Of a stretch of 37,028 bases of DNA, positions 10,804 to 22,501 are shown one piece after another. The translations under genes and the position numbers were made by a program. The DNA comes from Neodothiora populina (taxonomy: Eukaryota): the NCBI RefSeq assembly GCF_041146345.1, contig NW_027191405.1:1984001-2021028 (forward strand), written 5' to 3'. The notes under the pieces were generated by a model. The model was not told the origin of the DNA and ran no database searches. It saw nothing but the letters and a program-made list of their open reading frames with translations. Numbering within the stretch: the stretch's first letter is position 1; each line of letters starts with the position of its first letter.

Positions 10804-13800
10804 TCACACCTCCACTGTCTGATGCATGACATTTATTCTGTAGCTCTCGGATTTCTTCAGCAATTCTTCGTGCGATCCTTGATCCAGACATCGGCCTGCC
10901 TCAATTAGGAAAATAACATCAGCTTTCCTAATCGTATGTAAGCGATGAGCGATCGCGATGACCGTCACGCCCTTCGAAGCTTTGTCGAGGCCATCTTGCA
11001 ATAATTTCTCTGACTCTGCATCTAAAGCACTCGTAGATTCGTCCAGGATCAAAAGCTTAGGCTTCCTCACAAGGGCGCGAGCGATTGAGAGTCTCTGTTT
11101 CTGGCCGCCCGAGAATTGGCTGCCATTAGGTCCGCATAAAGTTTGATAGCCATCTGGAAGTGCTTGGATAGTATCGTGTATGTTGGCAAGTCGGCAAGCG
11201 TCTACTATCTCTTCCATAGATACGTCTTGACCTGGTATTGCACCGAGACTGATATTGAATTCGATCGTGCCCTCGAAGAGTACACTCTCTTGAGGTACTA
11301 GAGCGATCGAATCTCGAAAAGTTACGTCCCGATGTTTGGTAACATCGACACCATCAATAAGAACAGCACCTGACTGAGGAGTGTACAAGCGTTCCACCAA
11401 GGAAACAATTGTCGACTTGCCGGCACCACTAGGCCCGACGAGGGCGCAGAACTGACCTGGACGAATAGAGACATTCAAACCATCGAGAACCTGCATGTCT
11501 GGTCGAGCAGGATAGCAGAAGTGGATATCACGGAGCTCTACACTCGAGGGTAAATAGTCGGATGGTGTTCTTGGTTTTGTTTCGGCCATTGCTTCTATAT
11601 CCTTCTCCTTCAGGGTTATCAGGTCACGAGGTTCTCCTTGCATTTTGTCGGAACCGAGTTCAATAAGCCCAAGGATCCTAGCCATTGCTCCTCGGGCACT
11701 GGAAAGCTCTGGAGCGAGCGCAAACATCTGACTCCAAAGTAGAGCCCCCACCAGAAGGGAGAACACTACAATCAGAAATTGTGTCTGCGTATAGTTTCCC
11801 GCTATGATTTGCTTAGCACCCCACCAATATGCCAAGGCATTCATAAGGTTGCCCAGGAAATAAGTTGTTGCCTGCCAGAGACTTGCTTGTAGGGTGACTT
11901 TCAATGTCTCCTTCCTGGGCCCGTCTAATGATCGTCGGTAGGTGTGCAAGATTTCTTCTTCCAAAGACAGTGATGCGAGGGTCTTGATCGAGGTGATAGC
12001 TTCTACACCAATGTCGACCGATTGACTATACGCATTCTCATGTCTCTCCTCGAATTTACCAAGAACCCTTAGTTCCATGAGACCAGCCCCAAGTAGAAGT
12101 GGCACCAATGATAAGCAGACTAAGGCGATCCTCCAGGCTATGATATGAGTCATGATAATGGCGGCGAGAAGATTGACAGTAATTGAGAATAATGTACCAA
12201 TGACTGATCCACTCAATCCAGCTAACGCATTGCCATCTCGAGTGATGTAAGACAGAAGCAAGGGAGGTGTTCGGCCCTCGGACTGATGCCATTGAAGATC
12301 TTGCTCAAAGAGAGACCTAAAAGATAGAATTCTCACCGTGCAAACGATTTTCTCAGAGGCCCAACCGAATCCAGTCCAGCTGACCATATTTGCAAAAAAT
12401 TCAATGATTGCAAGTATGAAAAACATCAGTCCGAAGAAATTGCCCTGCGAGCGAATGCTAGCTGGGGAATGGCATGGACTCATGCTTCCGACAGTGTTTC
12501 CGAAGATTACAGCTTCACCAGAGAAGGCCGCGCCGACTACGCTGGACCCAACAAGGGCAACAAGAATGATAGGTACATGTCTTCTAACCGCCGGCGCGTA
12601 GCCTTGCGCCAAAGCCCAGAGAGACTTGGACGGAGTGTTAGGCTCTTCTGGCTCTTCAGGAGAATCCGTGATAGAAGCTTCACTGGTTGACACCTCAACT
12701 TTGCCTGGAAAAGCAACGATCTTCTCATTCAGGCCGCCATCGAGATCATCAATAATATCCTCAGATTTGATTCTGTCTGTGGCGACTGTGGTCTCGTTGA
12801 GTGCGACATTTCGACCGATTGTTTGCAAGTTTACCAGCTCAGCATATGCACCGCCTTTGGCCATCAGATATGAATGTGAACCTTGCTCCAGGATTTGTCC
12901 TTTGCGCATAACGATGATGTTGTCCGCGTTCGTTATGGTTGACAGCCTATGAGCAATCGTGATCATGGTTCTACCATCGGTGATGTTCGCGATGGACTGC
13001 TGAATACGCTGCTCGCTTCTTGAGTCAAGAGAAGCCGTAGCCTCATCCAAGATTAAGACACTAGGATCCTTCACAAGAGCTCTAGCAAGTGCTACTCGTT
13101 GCTTTTGCCCGCCACTAATGAGTCGTCCACTTGAGCCTACGATTGTGCCGTAGCCATACTGTAATGTGCTGATAAAACCATCAGCATCCGCTAATACGGC
13201 AGCCCTGCGGACAAGTTCAACGATCTCGACAGACGTAGGGCCTTGTTCTGTTGCTGCAGACATCAAATCGAGGCCACTCCTGACTTGAGCTGCTAGATTT
13301 GCAAGATCAGGGCCCAGAAGTAAATCAGTCAGACGTGTGTGTCTTGGGTTGCTGGAATTAATGAGGCCATGCGCAATGTTCTCAAGGAGGGAGCGGTTTA
13401 AAAGGGATGGTTCTTGTTGGACCAGACTAAAAAAGCTTCTGAGGTAGCGAGTGTTTATGTCACGAAGATCCTGATTGTCGAACGAGATTTGCCCCTCAAC
13501 GGGATCGTACAATCTTGTCACTAGGCCTGCAATAGTGGACTTCCCACTTCCCGAAAGGCCTACAATAGCGGTATGCCTCTTTGGGGGTATGGAGAAGCTG
13601 CAATGATCGAGAACCTTGACATCAGGCCTGGACGGATATGCGAAGGAGACATCCTTGAATTCAAATCCTGCTCCAGTGTATGGCAAACGGAGACCAGACT
13701 CCGATGTGCCATCAATGGTTGGTTCGCGATCCATGTCGGAACGAAGCTTCTCGAAAGATGCCACAGCTGCTACGAATAGGTGGAGGAAGGGAGCAACCTG

Positions 13801-14797
13801 GCTCAGAAGCAAAGTCGCTGATAATGTGTTAGATATTCCCGATCAACCCATCGATGTGTGACTAACCTTCGATTAAGATGAATATAACTGTAAACACTGC
13901 ACCTACAGTAGCTCCGGTAGAACCTTGACTGAGTGAATTTGCTATGCGCTTACTGCCTTGCCAGAACGCCAGGCCATTCGCAGCATAAGCAACAAAATAC
14001 AGAACTCCAGACTGAATCCCGACTGCCATGGCTTTCTTGATCCCCTCACGCTCGGAGGCGCGCAATGCGCTTGAGAACTTCTCTTCCAGCCGAGCGTTAG
14101 CACCAAATGCCTGCACGACGACAACATTTGATAGAGCCTCTGAAGCGATCGAGGCCGCAGTAGCGGCGTGATCTGACATAAGCCCCGAGTATTTCTCGAT
14201 GTAATGGCTGCCCACAAAGGACATCAAGAAGTATGCAGGGACCAGCGAGACTAGCATCGCAGCAAGCCTGTAGTCTTTGATAAAGGCTACTATATAAGCT
14301 GTGACGAAGAATGAAAAGCTAGACAGACATATCCCGACCTTTTCAGACGTCCCTGAGCGTATTGTCTGAATGTCGGTGTTTAGGCGAGAGGCAACCTCAC
14401 CAGGAGGTAGAGAGTCGAAGAACAAGGGCTCTTGTCGGACTAGATTCTGAAGATAACGTTCTCGCAGTCTTTGTGCCAGTCGTGCTCCAGTCATGGTCCA
14501 GCATAGTAGATGGACATAGATCAGGACGAATTGTGCAATAGCCAAGTAAACAATGATCAAGATCTTGCTGTTGATGTCGCTCTGGTACGTTCCAGAGTTT
14601 GTGGTGTCTGGTGTATTACATGACGCTGTATTGAAATCGTCAAGTAGTTGACCAAAGATGATACCGATTAATGGGAAGGGTACGCCGGCTGCTATCGAAG
14701 ATAGCATACCGAGCAGAAGCACACATACGTCAATATTTGTAGGATTGCCAGCCAGAAGTAGACGGGGATAACCCCCAAGCCTTTGGACGAGCTTCAT
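10804..14797 (-). CDS. sitT: Full-length ABCB/MDR transporter (TMD-NBD-TMD-NBD), SitT-like, about 1314 aa; exons 14797-13867 and 13817-10804
   Basis: Walker A GLSGSGKS and GPSGAGKS; signatures ISGGQKQR and FSGGQKQR; Walker B ILDEATASLD and ILDESTSALD. A 49-nt phase-1 intron 13866-13818 (GTTAGT...CTAAC...CAG) restores the frame. Symbol from cluster context; start codon tentative. Confidence 0.88.
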
Positions 14798-14894
14798 ACT
14801 AAGAATGCTGTGCTAGCAGATGCTAGGAGTTCTCTTGACGCTGCAACAACCTATGTTTGGCTCACAAGTTGGAGGGAGTATATCTAGACATCAA

Positions 14895-14920
14895 GATCAG
14901 ATTATCGAAAGATCAGATTA
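14895..14920. promoter_or_regulatory. Direct repeat GATCAGATTA x2 (SreA-like variant sites) about 100 bp upstream of the ABC transporter
   Basis: GATCAGATTA at 14895-14904 and 14911-14920; one mismatch from ATCWGATAA. Confidence 0.5.
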
Positions 14921-15460
14921 GTAAAAGGCATCAAACCTAACATCCAAGCGAACGCGTCGCCTCGAAGACATCCCACTGCTCGGACACATAGTGCATTTTC
15001 GAACTCAATGCATTGCACGAATTCCTATCGGCTATACACACCAGAGAATCAGTGCGTCACGCAGGACATCTTCAGTGGGTCTGCTACCTCGACTTATTGG
15101 GATCGTGTAGGCCATGACGATGGTATGCGTTACCTCGTAAAACCCTTTGAAGCTTCGGGCAGATGCGCGAACAGCTTGATTTAGAGTTCGACCGACATCG
15201 GCAGGATTGCAGGTTTGTGGATACAAGCTGTATTTTTTTCACGGCGTCAATTCATGAGAACACTTTGGCAAAATTTTATTGATTTTCGGTGTGACATTTC
15301 AGGCTCGTTACGGCCGAAGGTTGGCAGGATAATGCCACAGGCAAATTATAGGGTCTTTCTTACATGTGGCGCCCGCTAGGGCTTGCACAAGACGCCACTA
15401 GTGCAGCGAGGCCCTTCGCAACGCCCACTAGAGCATCCGATGCTCCACTTCTCGTTGTCA

Positions 15461-15479
15461 TAATCTGATGATCTGATAG
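15461..15479 (+). promoter_or_regulatory. Tandem SreA-like site TAATCTGATGATCTGATAG
   Basis: Contains ATCTGATAG (a GATA core) preceded by a second ATCTGAT; lies in the sitT/mirB divergent promoter. Confidence 0.6.
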
Positions 15480-15868
15480 AGCGGTATCCAGAAGCGAGAA
15501 TCTTGCAATCCACCTCTGAAAGTCGTCCGGAAGGATTCTGCGATATTTGCAGCCTCGCCGAATCGATTGATTTTGTGTTTACCGGACGATCAGAAGTGGT
15601 CCACTCGAAGCTCAGCGGCCACCTCGCTAACGCAATTTCTCCAGCTTTTGTATCTCAGACACTCTTGGTTTGAGCTCCCACTCAAAGTTCGGAAGAAGGC
15701 GAGCCGGCAAGCCCCGTAAGGATCCACAATTTGATTCATGCGAGAGGGTTTGCAAGTCATGCTAGAGATCCCGTGAAGCATAATATAGGGCAGGCTCTCT
15801 TTCTGATCTACCACAGTTATCTTCACCTCTTCCAACCTTTCTTCATCTCGTATACGACCTACGCAGAA

Positions 15869-17832
15869 ATGAAGTCCCTTTCTGCGTGGCATCAGAGGCT
15901 CGCTCAGCCAGGGCCAGCTTCGGTTACAGAAAATGGTTCACATCTGGCCGGAGATCATGACATTATATCTGCCGACAGGCTCACAAAGCTCGACACGAAA
16001 CTGCCTGAGGAAGTCGTTGACCAGGCTGCGGCGCTTGACCTACCGAATGAACATGCGCAGGCTGGTGTTAAGCAAGCCGAAGCCATCACCTTGTCGTGGA
16101 CAAAATGGTCGCTGGGATCTGCGTATATCTTGTGAGTCAAAGCATGATCAAGCCAGCCGGAAAGCATGCATTGACAATGTAAAGGATGTTCTTGTTGTAC
16201 TTCATCAACGCTTTCCAGTCTTCGATCACCTCGAACTTGTCAGCATATGTGACAAGTGGCTTCGAGTCTCACTCTTTGATTCCTGTCATTAATGTCGTCT
16301 CAAGTATTATGGGGGCGGTAACTTATATGCCACTGGCCAAGATCCTGAATCTCTGCGACAGATCTATCGGGTTTGTCGTGATGATCACATTCGCGACTAT
16401 CGGTCTAATTCTGTCTGCTACTTGCAATGATATCGGGACCTACTGTGCGGCGCAGGTAAATACCCCGGTGCGATCATAAAGTTGTTCGTGTACTCACCTT
16501 TCGTAAAGGTCTTCTACAGCATTGGCTTCACAGGTATGACCTTCAGTATTGATGTCATCACCGCTGACACCTCGACCTTGCGTGATCGAGGCCTGGCTTA
16601 CGCATTCACTTCCTCTCCATATATCATCACCGCATTCGCTGGAGCGTCTGCTTCTGAGCACTTCTACGAATTCAATTGGCGTTGGGCATACGGCTGTTTC
16701 GCCATCATTCTTCCCGTCATTGCCGCGATTTTCTTTGGAGTCCTTCGGTTCAACCGTCATAAAGCAAAGAAGAACGGAATTTGGCCGGCCAGAGTCCGCA
16801 GCCACAGAACCCTCATGCAAAGCATCATCTTCTATACCATGGAATTCGATCGTAAGTGTCTTTGAAACTAGGCGACGATGGAATGACTGACTTCTCATAG
16901 TGCTGGGTGTATTTCTACTCGCGGCTGGTCTAGCTCTTTTCCTCTTACCCTTCACCCTCGCCGGAGATTCGGCAGATGATTGGGCATCCGCTCATATCAT
17001 CGTCATGCTTGTCCTCGGAATCGCTTGTTTGCTCAGCTTCGGGTTAGCAGAACGTTACATCGCGCCTGTGCCGTTCCTCCCTTGGGAAATTCTGGCCTCA
17101 AGGACAGTCCTCGGCGCTTGTCTTCTTGATGCTACGTATCAGATTGCATATTATTGCTGGAATGATTTCTTCACTTCATACCTCCAAGTTGTCTTCGGCC
17201 AGAGCATCGCCACCGCTGGATACATCAACAATATTTTCGATGTCGTTTCGGGAGTCTGGCTTTTTGCTGTTGGCTTTGCCATCAAGAAGACAGCACGTTT
17301 CCGATGGTTACTCCTCGGAGCTGTGCCTCTCTATCTTCTTGGATCTGGACTCATGATCTACTTCCGTAAACCCCACTTCTCCGTCGGCTATACGATCATG
17401 TGTCAGATCTTCATTGCATTTGCTGGTGGTACTATGATTATCTGTCAACAAGTCGCTGTCATGTCAGCAGCTGACCACAACAATGTCGCTTCGTCTCTTG
17501 CCTTCCTTGGAGTTTTTGGCAACAGCGGTGGTGCAGTAGGAAGCAGTATCTCTGGTGCTATATGGACGCATACTTTCGGACCAGCATTGCAGCGTTACCT
17601 TCCAGACGAGCTAAAGCCCGACTGGGAGAGCATATACGATGACATCACGGTTCAATTGAGCTACGAAAAGGGTACTGCGGCTAGAGATGCTATCATCCAG
17701 GCATACGCCTACGCGCAAACCAAGATGCTGATCGCCGGAACCGCAATCATGGCACTTTCCCTCGGATTCATGTTCTTAATTAGGGATGTCAAGCTTACAA
17801 AGGATATGCAAACCAAGGGTGTGCTCTTCTAA
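15869..17832 (+). CDS. mirB: Siderophore-iron transporter (MFS, SIT/ARN family, MirB-like), about 602 aa; exons 15869-16131, 16185-16455, 16509-16851, 16901-17832
   Basis: Family-type motifs QAGVKQAEAITLSW, VTSGFESHSL, ADTSTLRDRGLAYAFTSSPYII, C-terminal QTKGVLF. Three GT-AG introns (53, 53, 49 nt) give one 1809-nt frame. Orthology to mirB versus paralogues is not established. Confidence 0.88.
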
Positions 17833-18844
17833 AGGAGACCTATGGTGTTGTATAATTGGTATCGTGCTAGTACGAATGACGTTTGAATTACCAATATTAC
17901 TTCGCTTAGGAGCCACTTAATCAGGGCAGTATGAGTATGCGAGTCATTCGCACAAGCTTACAAGCGACGAAGCTCTTTCAGGAGCATTGCTGGAGCTTGA
18001 AAGGGTCTGCAACAAGATGGCGTTGATATTGCATGCCTATAATTTGATATTGACACCGAACATAATTCCATAAGCACTCCAAAAAAGTGATGAATGTCAG
18101 GGACGAACATCCACCTCACTAGGATGGAGTCTGAGAACGAGTCATCGAAGTTCTTCGCTGCAACTTGTCGACCATGGATCAGGACCATCGTAAAGTTGTC
18201 ATCATTTGCGTGCAACGCTGCTTGTCATAGGGAACTGCAAATGCCGCGCAAGCAAACCACCTACGACTTAAGAGGTACATAGCATACAAAGCTCCATGTT
18301 GCCATCTAACACGAACCCTGTTCGGGGATGTCACTTGACTTGTCTACGAGTTCTGTACGTACTCGAGTGTCACGTAGATGTGCATGGTGCCGATACCGGA
18401 TCGGCATTCGATCGAACGACTCGTGGGCTCCCAAGGCACAGTATTTTGAAGTACTTTAGGTGTGCATCTCGACTACCTTACCGATCGTTTTGAACAATGT
18501 CCTGAAAGCTCTCAAGAACCGAACGTGGCGCAACGCTAGATGAAGCTATGCCAACGTGCACTAGTAAAGCCTAAGACGACTTAGCTCAGCAAACGAGCTT
18601 TTGCTAAGGAACGCGAGGGCAGGTCACAGACCCTGTCAAGACTCGCGTATCGTTGCATCTGATTAGATTTTCACCTCTTAGAGTGGAGACCGTGGGCCCC
18701 GGCACAGACTGCTGCTAAGGGCCCATGGCACGCTTGCACAGACGCAATATGCTTGTGAACGAAGCATCAAATTAGATTCCTCAACAAAGGCCGTCAATGC
18801 CCCCAAGTAACCAGTGCAAGTGGAGTGCGAAATCTCGACAATTT

Positions 18845-19743
18845 CTATAGCTTCGAGCGGACCCATCTCGGTGTACGCTTCTCCACAAACGCTTCGATGC
18901 CCTCGGCGAAATTAGGGCCCTCGACCAGAAGACCATACCACTGATCAATCAAAGTTGAAACCGCTTCTTCCACGTTGCCTGTCTCCCAGCTCATCCGGAC
19001 CCCTCGACGACCGACGATCAAAGCGTCTGGACTGTTTTTGCAGAGTTCTAGTGCCATATGGAGTGCGGCGCTGGCGATGTCTACGCCAGGCCCCACTACT
19101 CGATTCACGAGTCCCCATGCATGCAGGGTTTCGGCGCTTATGCTTCTCCCTGTCAACACCAGGTCCATAGTACGTTGAAGTCCAAGTGTCCGAGTGAGCC
19201 GCGGTAGACAACCTGCGACGGGCACGATGCCACGCTTGACTTCGGGCAAGGCGAAGGTTGCCGTCGAAGAAGCAATGATCAGGTCGCAGTTAGTCACCAT
19301 CTCGAAGCCGCCACCCATAGTGGTGCCATTGATGGCAGCAATGATCGGCTTCTTTCCACTTCTGCGAGGTAAACCAGCAAGACCTGGTGCAGCCATATTG
19401 TTTACTATGCCGGCTTTGTTCATTCTATCCCATTCTACCGACGCCCACGAGAGTTAGTCCATCGCTAGCAACCAGACACGTCCGTGGGGGGATGGTATCT
19501 ACCATGTAAGTCGGCCCCAGTACAGAAAGCTTTACCGACACCTGTGATTATGCCAACCCATAGGCGGTCGTCCTGATCAAACAGTGTCCACACCTTCTTG
19601 ATCTCCTCGCTTGTTGCTTGATCGATGCAATTCATTCTCGCGGGTCTGTTCAACGTGACTTGTAATACCCGTTCATGCGGAAACGTAACGTAAAAATGTT
19701 GGAAGTCCTGCCGACTCGTGCTCGAAAACCTTTGAGCGGCCAT
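18845..19743 (-). CDS. sidH: Mevalonyl-CoA hydratase SidH (enoyl-CoA hydratase/crotonase family), about 276 aa, peroxisomal; exons 19743-19503 and 19434-18845
   Basis: LNRPARMN, AFCTGADL, KPIIAAINGTTMGGGFE and FALPEVKRG crotonase motifs; intron 19502-19435 with ACTAAC branch site; C-terminal SKL (PTS1). Confidence 0.9.
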
Positions 19744-20075
19744 TATTATTTTGTTAGGCGAAGCAAACAACGGACAAGCGTCGATCACTGGAACTGTGAT
19801 AGACCGCACCCCAGCTGCCTACCTTGGATTTATATCGTTCAGATCATGTGGTGTCACAGGTATTCCTTCCGGCATACTTGGCGCACTTAGCGCCCAAGTT
19901 TGGTCCACTAAAGCACGTCCGAACTTTTGCCAAAGCAACAACGACCTTGCATTGCGGGCGGCTCGAACCTCGTATAAAATATTGTCTGATCATATGTTAT
20001 GTGGGACTTTTGTAAGCTAAGTTGATCGTCTGAACACAAATGAGGTACCCAGGTGTACACTACCTTCGTGGGAGA

Positions 20076-20094
20076 TTATCTGATCCAACGATAA
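20076..20094. promoter_or_regulatory. SreA-type GATA site (TTATCTGAT) plus adjacent GATAA in the sidH/sidF divergent promoter
   Basis: Exact reverse complement of ATCAGATAA at 20076-20084; GATAA at 20090-20094. Confidence 0.75.
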
Positions 20095-20326
20095 GCGGGA
20101 ATTTCTGCAAGCCAAAGAATCCACTTCGGCATACGCCAAAGTGCTTTCGGTATGATATCCTGCCTGCACCCCCTTGCCATGAGGCACTAGCGCGTTGCTC
20201 ATTGGATCCTTTTGTACCTGGCTCAACCAAGCTTTGCTTGAGAAGGCTCTAATTTATAACACCTGCCAACAACACGATATATCGTGCCTTGCGGTTTTGG
20301 TTACATCAACGTCGATCTCTACAAAA

Positions 20327-21707
20327 ATGCCATTCACATACGGCAAATACCCGTTGGTGAAATTACCGCATCCATTTCTGACCGCATACCGAGTCCGCGC
20401 GGTTCCAGCAACAACTCCTACTCGGCTCACCCTGACGTTGGATCACCAGCCTACAAATGGACATGCATTTCCACAAGCATTGAGTAGTGATTCTCTTTCT
20501 TGGCTTGACCTGTCTACCAGACCAAGAGATGATTGTCCTCCGACTACTGACAATAGTCCCTGGGCTAGAGCTTGTCGCAGCCCACAGACTACAGTTGAAT
20601 GGACAAGTGAAGGCCCTCCTTCGTTGGGTCAGGTTTGGAACGTGGTACATGCTATATTCTTAGCCCATCCTGAGTGCGAGTACTTCAGGCTCGCTCTTTC
20701 AGGTGCTGGGGACGACATAATCACAATGGAACTACATGCTACAGGGTTGGGCATCGAATGTCCGAAGCCTTGGCATCGTGCAGATGAGCAATATACCTCT
20801 TGTGGAGAGATACTCATTCTCCGGAGCTCCTTCTGGCAGGGGGCTGCGTCTCCTACAGGTGCCCGTCCGATCTGGGCAACGGAGCAAGGCACTGACGGTT
20901 CTATGAGAAAGCCACTCACGGAATACCCAATCATGCCTGAGAATTATGAAGTCACAATGCGGTTCCCCGAGGAGGCTGTCTATACCCGTCATCCGATACG
21001 GCGACCGAAGCCACATCCTACCTCGATAGTTTACAGTCGGTACGTGCCAGAGATAGACGAGCATTTCTCTCTGGAGGTAGTAGACTGGCAGAAGGACGAA
21101 CACCTGGAGCTTTTCAACAAGTGGCAGAATGACCCTCGTGTTGCGAAGGGGTGGAATGAAACTGGGACCATCGAACAACATCGCCAGTATCTTCGGAGAT
21201 TACATCTTGACCCCCATGTTCTTTGCCTGTTTGGGCGCTTTGATTCCACACGCTTCGCTTATTTCGAGCTTTACTGGGCAAAGGCAAGTCGTACGAGATC
21301 GACGCTGGTAATACCTTACTGACTATTGCTTATAGGAAGATCATTACGGTGCCCATTATGATGCTGGACATTATGACCGAGGCCGTCATTCTTTGGTCGG
21401 TGACGCTTCATTCCGTGGCTCTCAGCGGGTCAACGCTTGGTATTCCAGTTGCATCCACTACTGCTTCTTAGACGATCCACGTACGGCCAATGTAGTGGGA
21501 GAGCCACGCGCTACCGGTTCCACAATTCTGTCCTATGAAAACTCGCAAGGTCTAACCATTGGCAAATATGTTGATCTCGGTCATAAGAGGTCGGTTCACT
21601 CTGTATGTAGTCGGGAGAAATGGTTTCAGCTTTGCCCATTGTTCTGGGATAGACGCGAGCGACCTTTGGAATCCGCGGATCGTGCAGCATGGAATGCTAA
21701 GCTCTGA
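20327..21707 (+). CDS. sidF: N5-hydroxyornithine anhydromevalonyl transacylase SidF (IucB/AlcB-type GNAT), about 442 aa, peroxisomal; exons 20327-21283 and 21336-21707
   Basis: [34 protein letters not shown], spliced [45 protein letters not shown]-terminal AKL (PTS1). GC-AG intron 21284-21335. Confidence 0.92.
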
Positions 21708-21848
21708 CGCCTTTCTTGTACGATGTAGACATCTTATCGAGAATAATGACATTACGTGCAACAACTAGAAAAGAATATGTCTCCACATCTGTCTTTACCC
21801 CTGATTGTGTAAAATATTCCAAGATTCCAGCATGCAATGGTTTCTATC

Positions 21849-22240
21849 TCAAGCACCACCAAAGACTAGGAGGCTATGTATTTTTACTCTACCAAAATTA
21901 TTTCGATGCAACAGTTCCCGACCACGATGGGCAGGGGATTCGGCCACGACCATGACGTGGATGTCGCCGGCGTCAACTACAGCTTTACAGCTGCAACACC
22001 GCACAAAGCGTGTTACCAGTGGCAAGTACATCGTCTACCACAATCACTGATGCGCCTTTAGAGACCACACCCTGGCTCATTTCAATCTTGACCTTGTTCG
22101 TAGCGCTCACTCCCAGAGACGAGATATGCGACGACGGTTGCGTAACAGAGATAGTTGGCGGGGGCAGTTTTCCTGCTTCACGGATTAGAGCCATTGGTAC
22201 ATCGATCCGCATTGCCAGTGCCGATGCAAATACAATCCAT
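21849..22240 (-). pseudogene. C-terminal fragment of a type I (adenine-like) phosphoribosyltransferase-domain gene; 5'-truncated and frameshifted
   Basis: FASALA..VPMALIREAGKLP and PRPP-binding VIVVDDVLATGNT motif in one frame (stop at 21985-21987). The tail VMVVAESPAHRGRELL...SLLVFGGA continues in another frame to 21849. No recognisable N-terminal part upstream. Confidence 0.75.
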
Positions 22241-22501
22241 CTGTTTATTCTGATATCCTAGTACCCTCAGAGGTTACGATCTCCTATCATGAGTAATTGG
22301 TCTAGATATATAGAAGAGCCTGAGCGTATATTAAGCGATCACTGAGGCTATGATAGACGCAGTACATACAACCCTGGTTTCCTATGCTCCCATTCTGACT
22401 CAGTACTGCAAGCGGACTATGGTTCCCGGATAGCTCATCTGGACCACAACGACGTGCTAAGTCTCTTAAAACACCGAGATGTTATGCCTTACATGCATGT
22501 G

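Noticed and set aside
15731..15868. Upstream extension of the MFS ORF (likewise 20195-20326 for sidF and 19744-19809 for sidH)
   Set aside because: These rely on non-ATG starts of the ORF caller; downstream ATGs in good context give family-typical N-termini.
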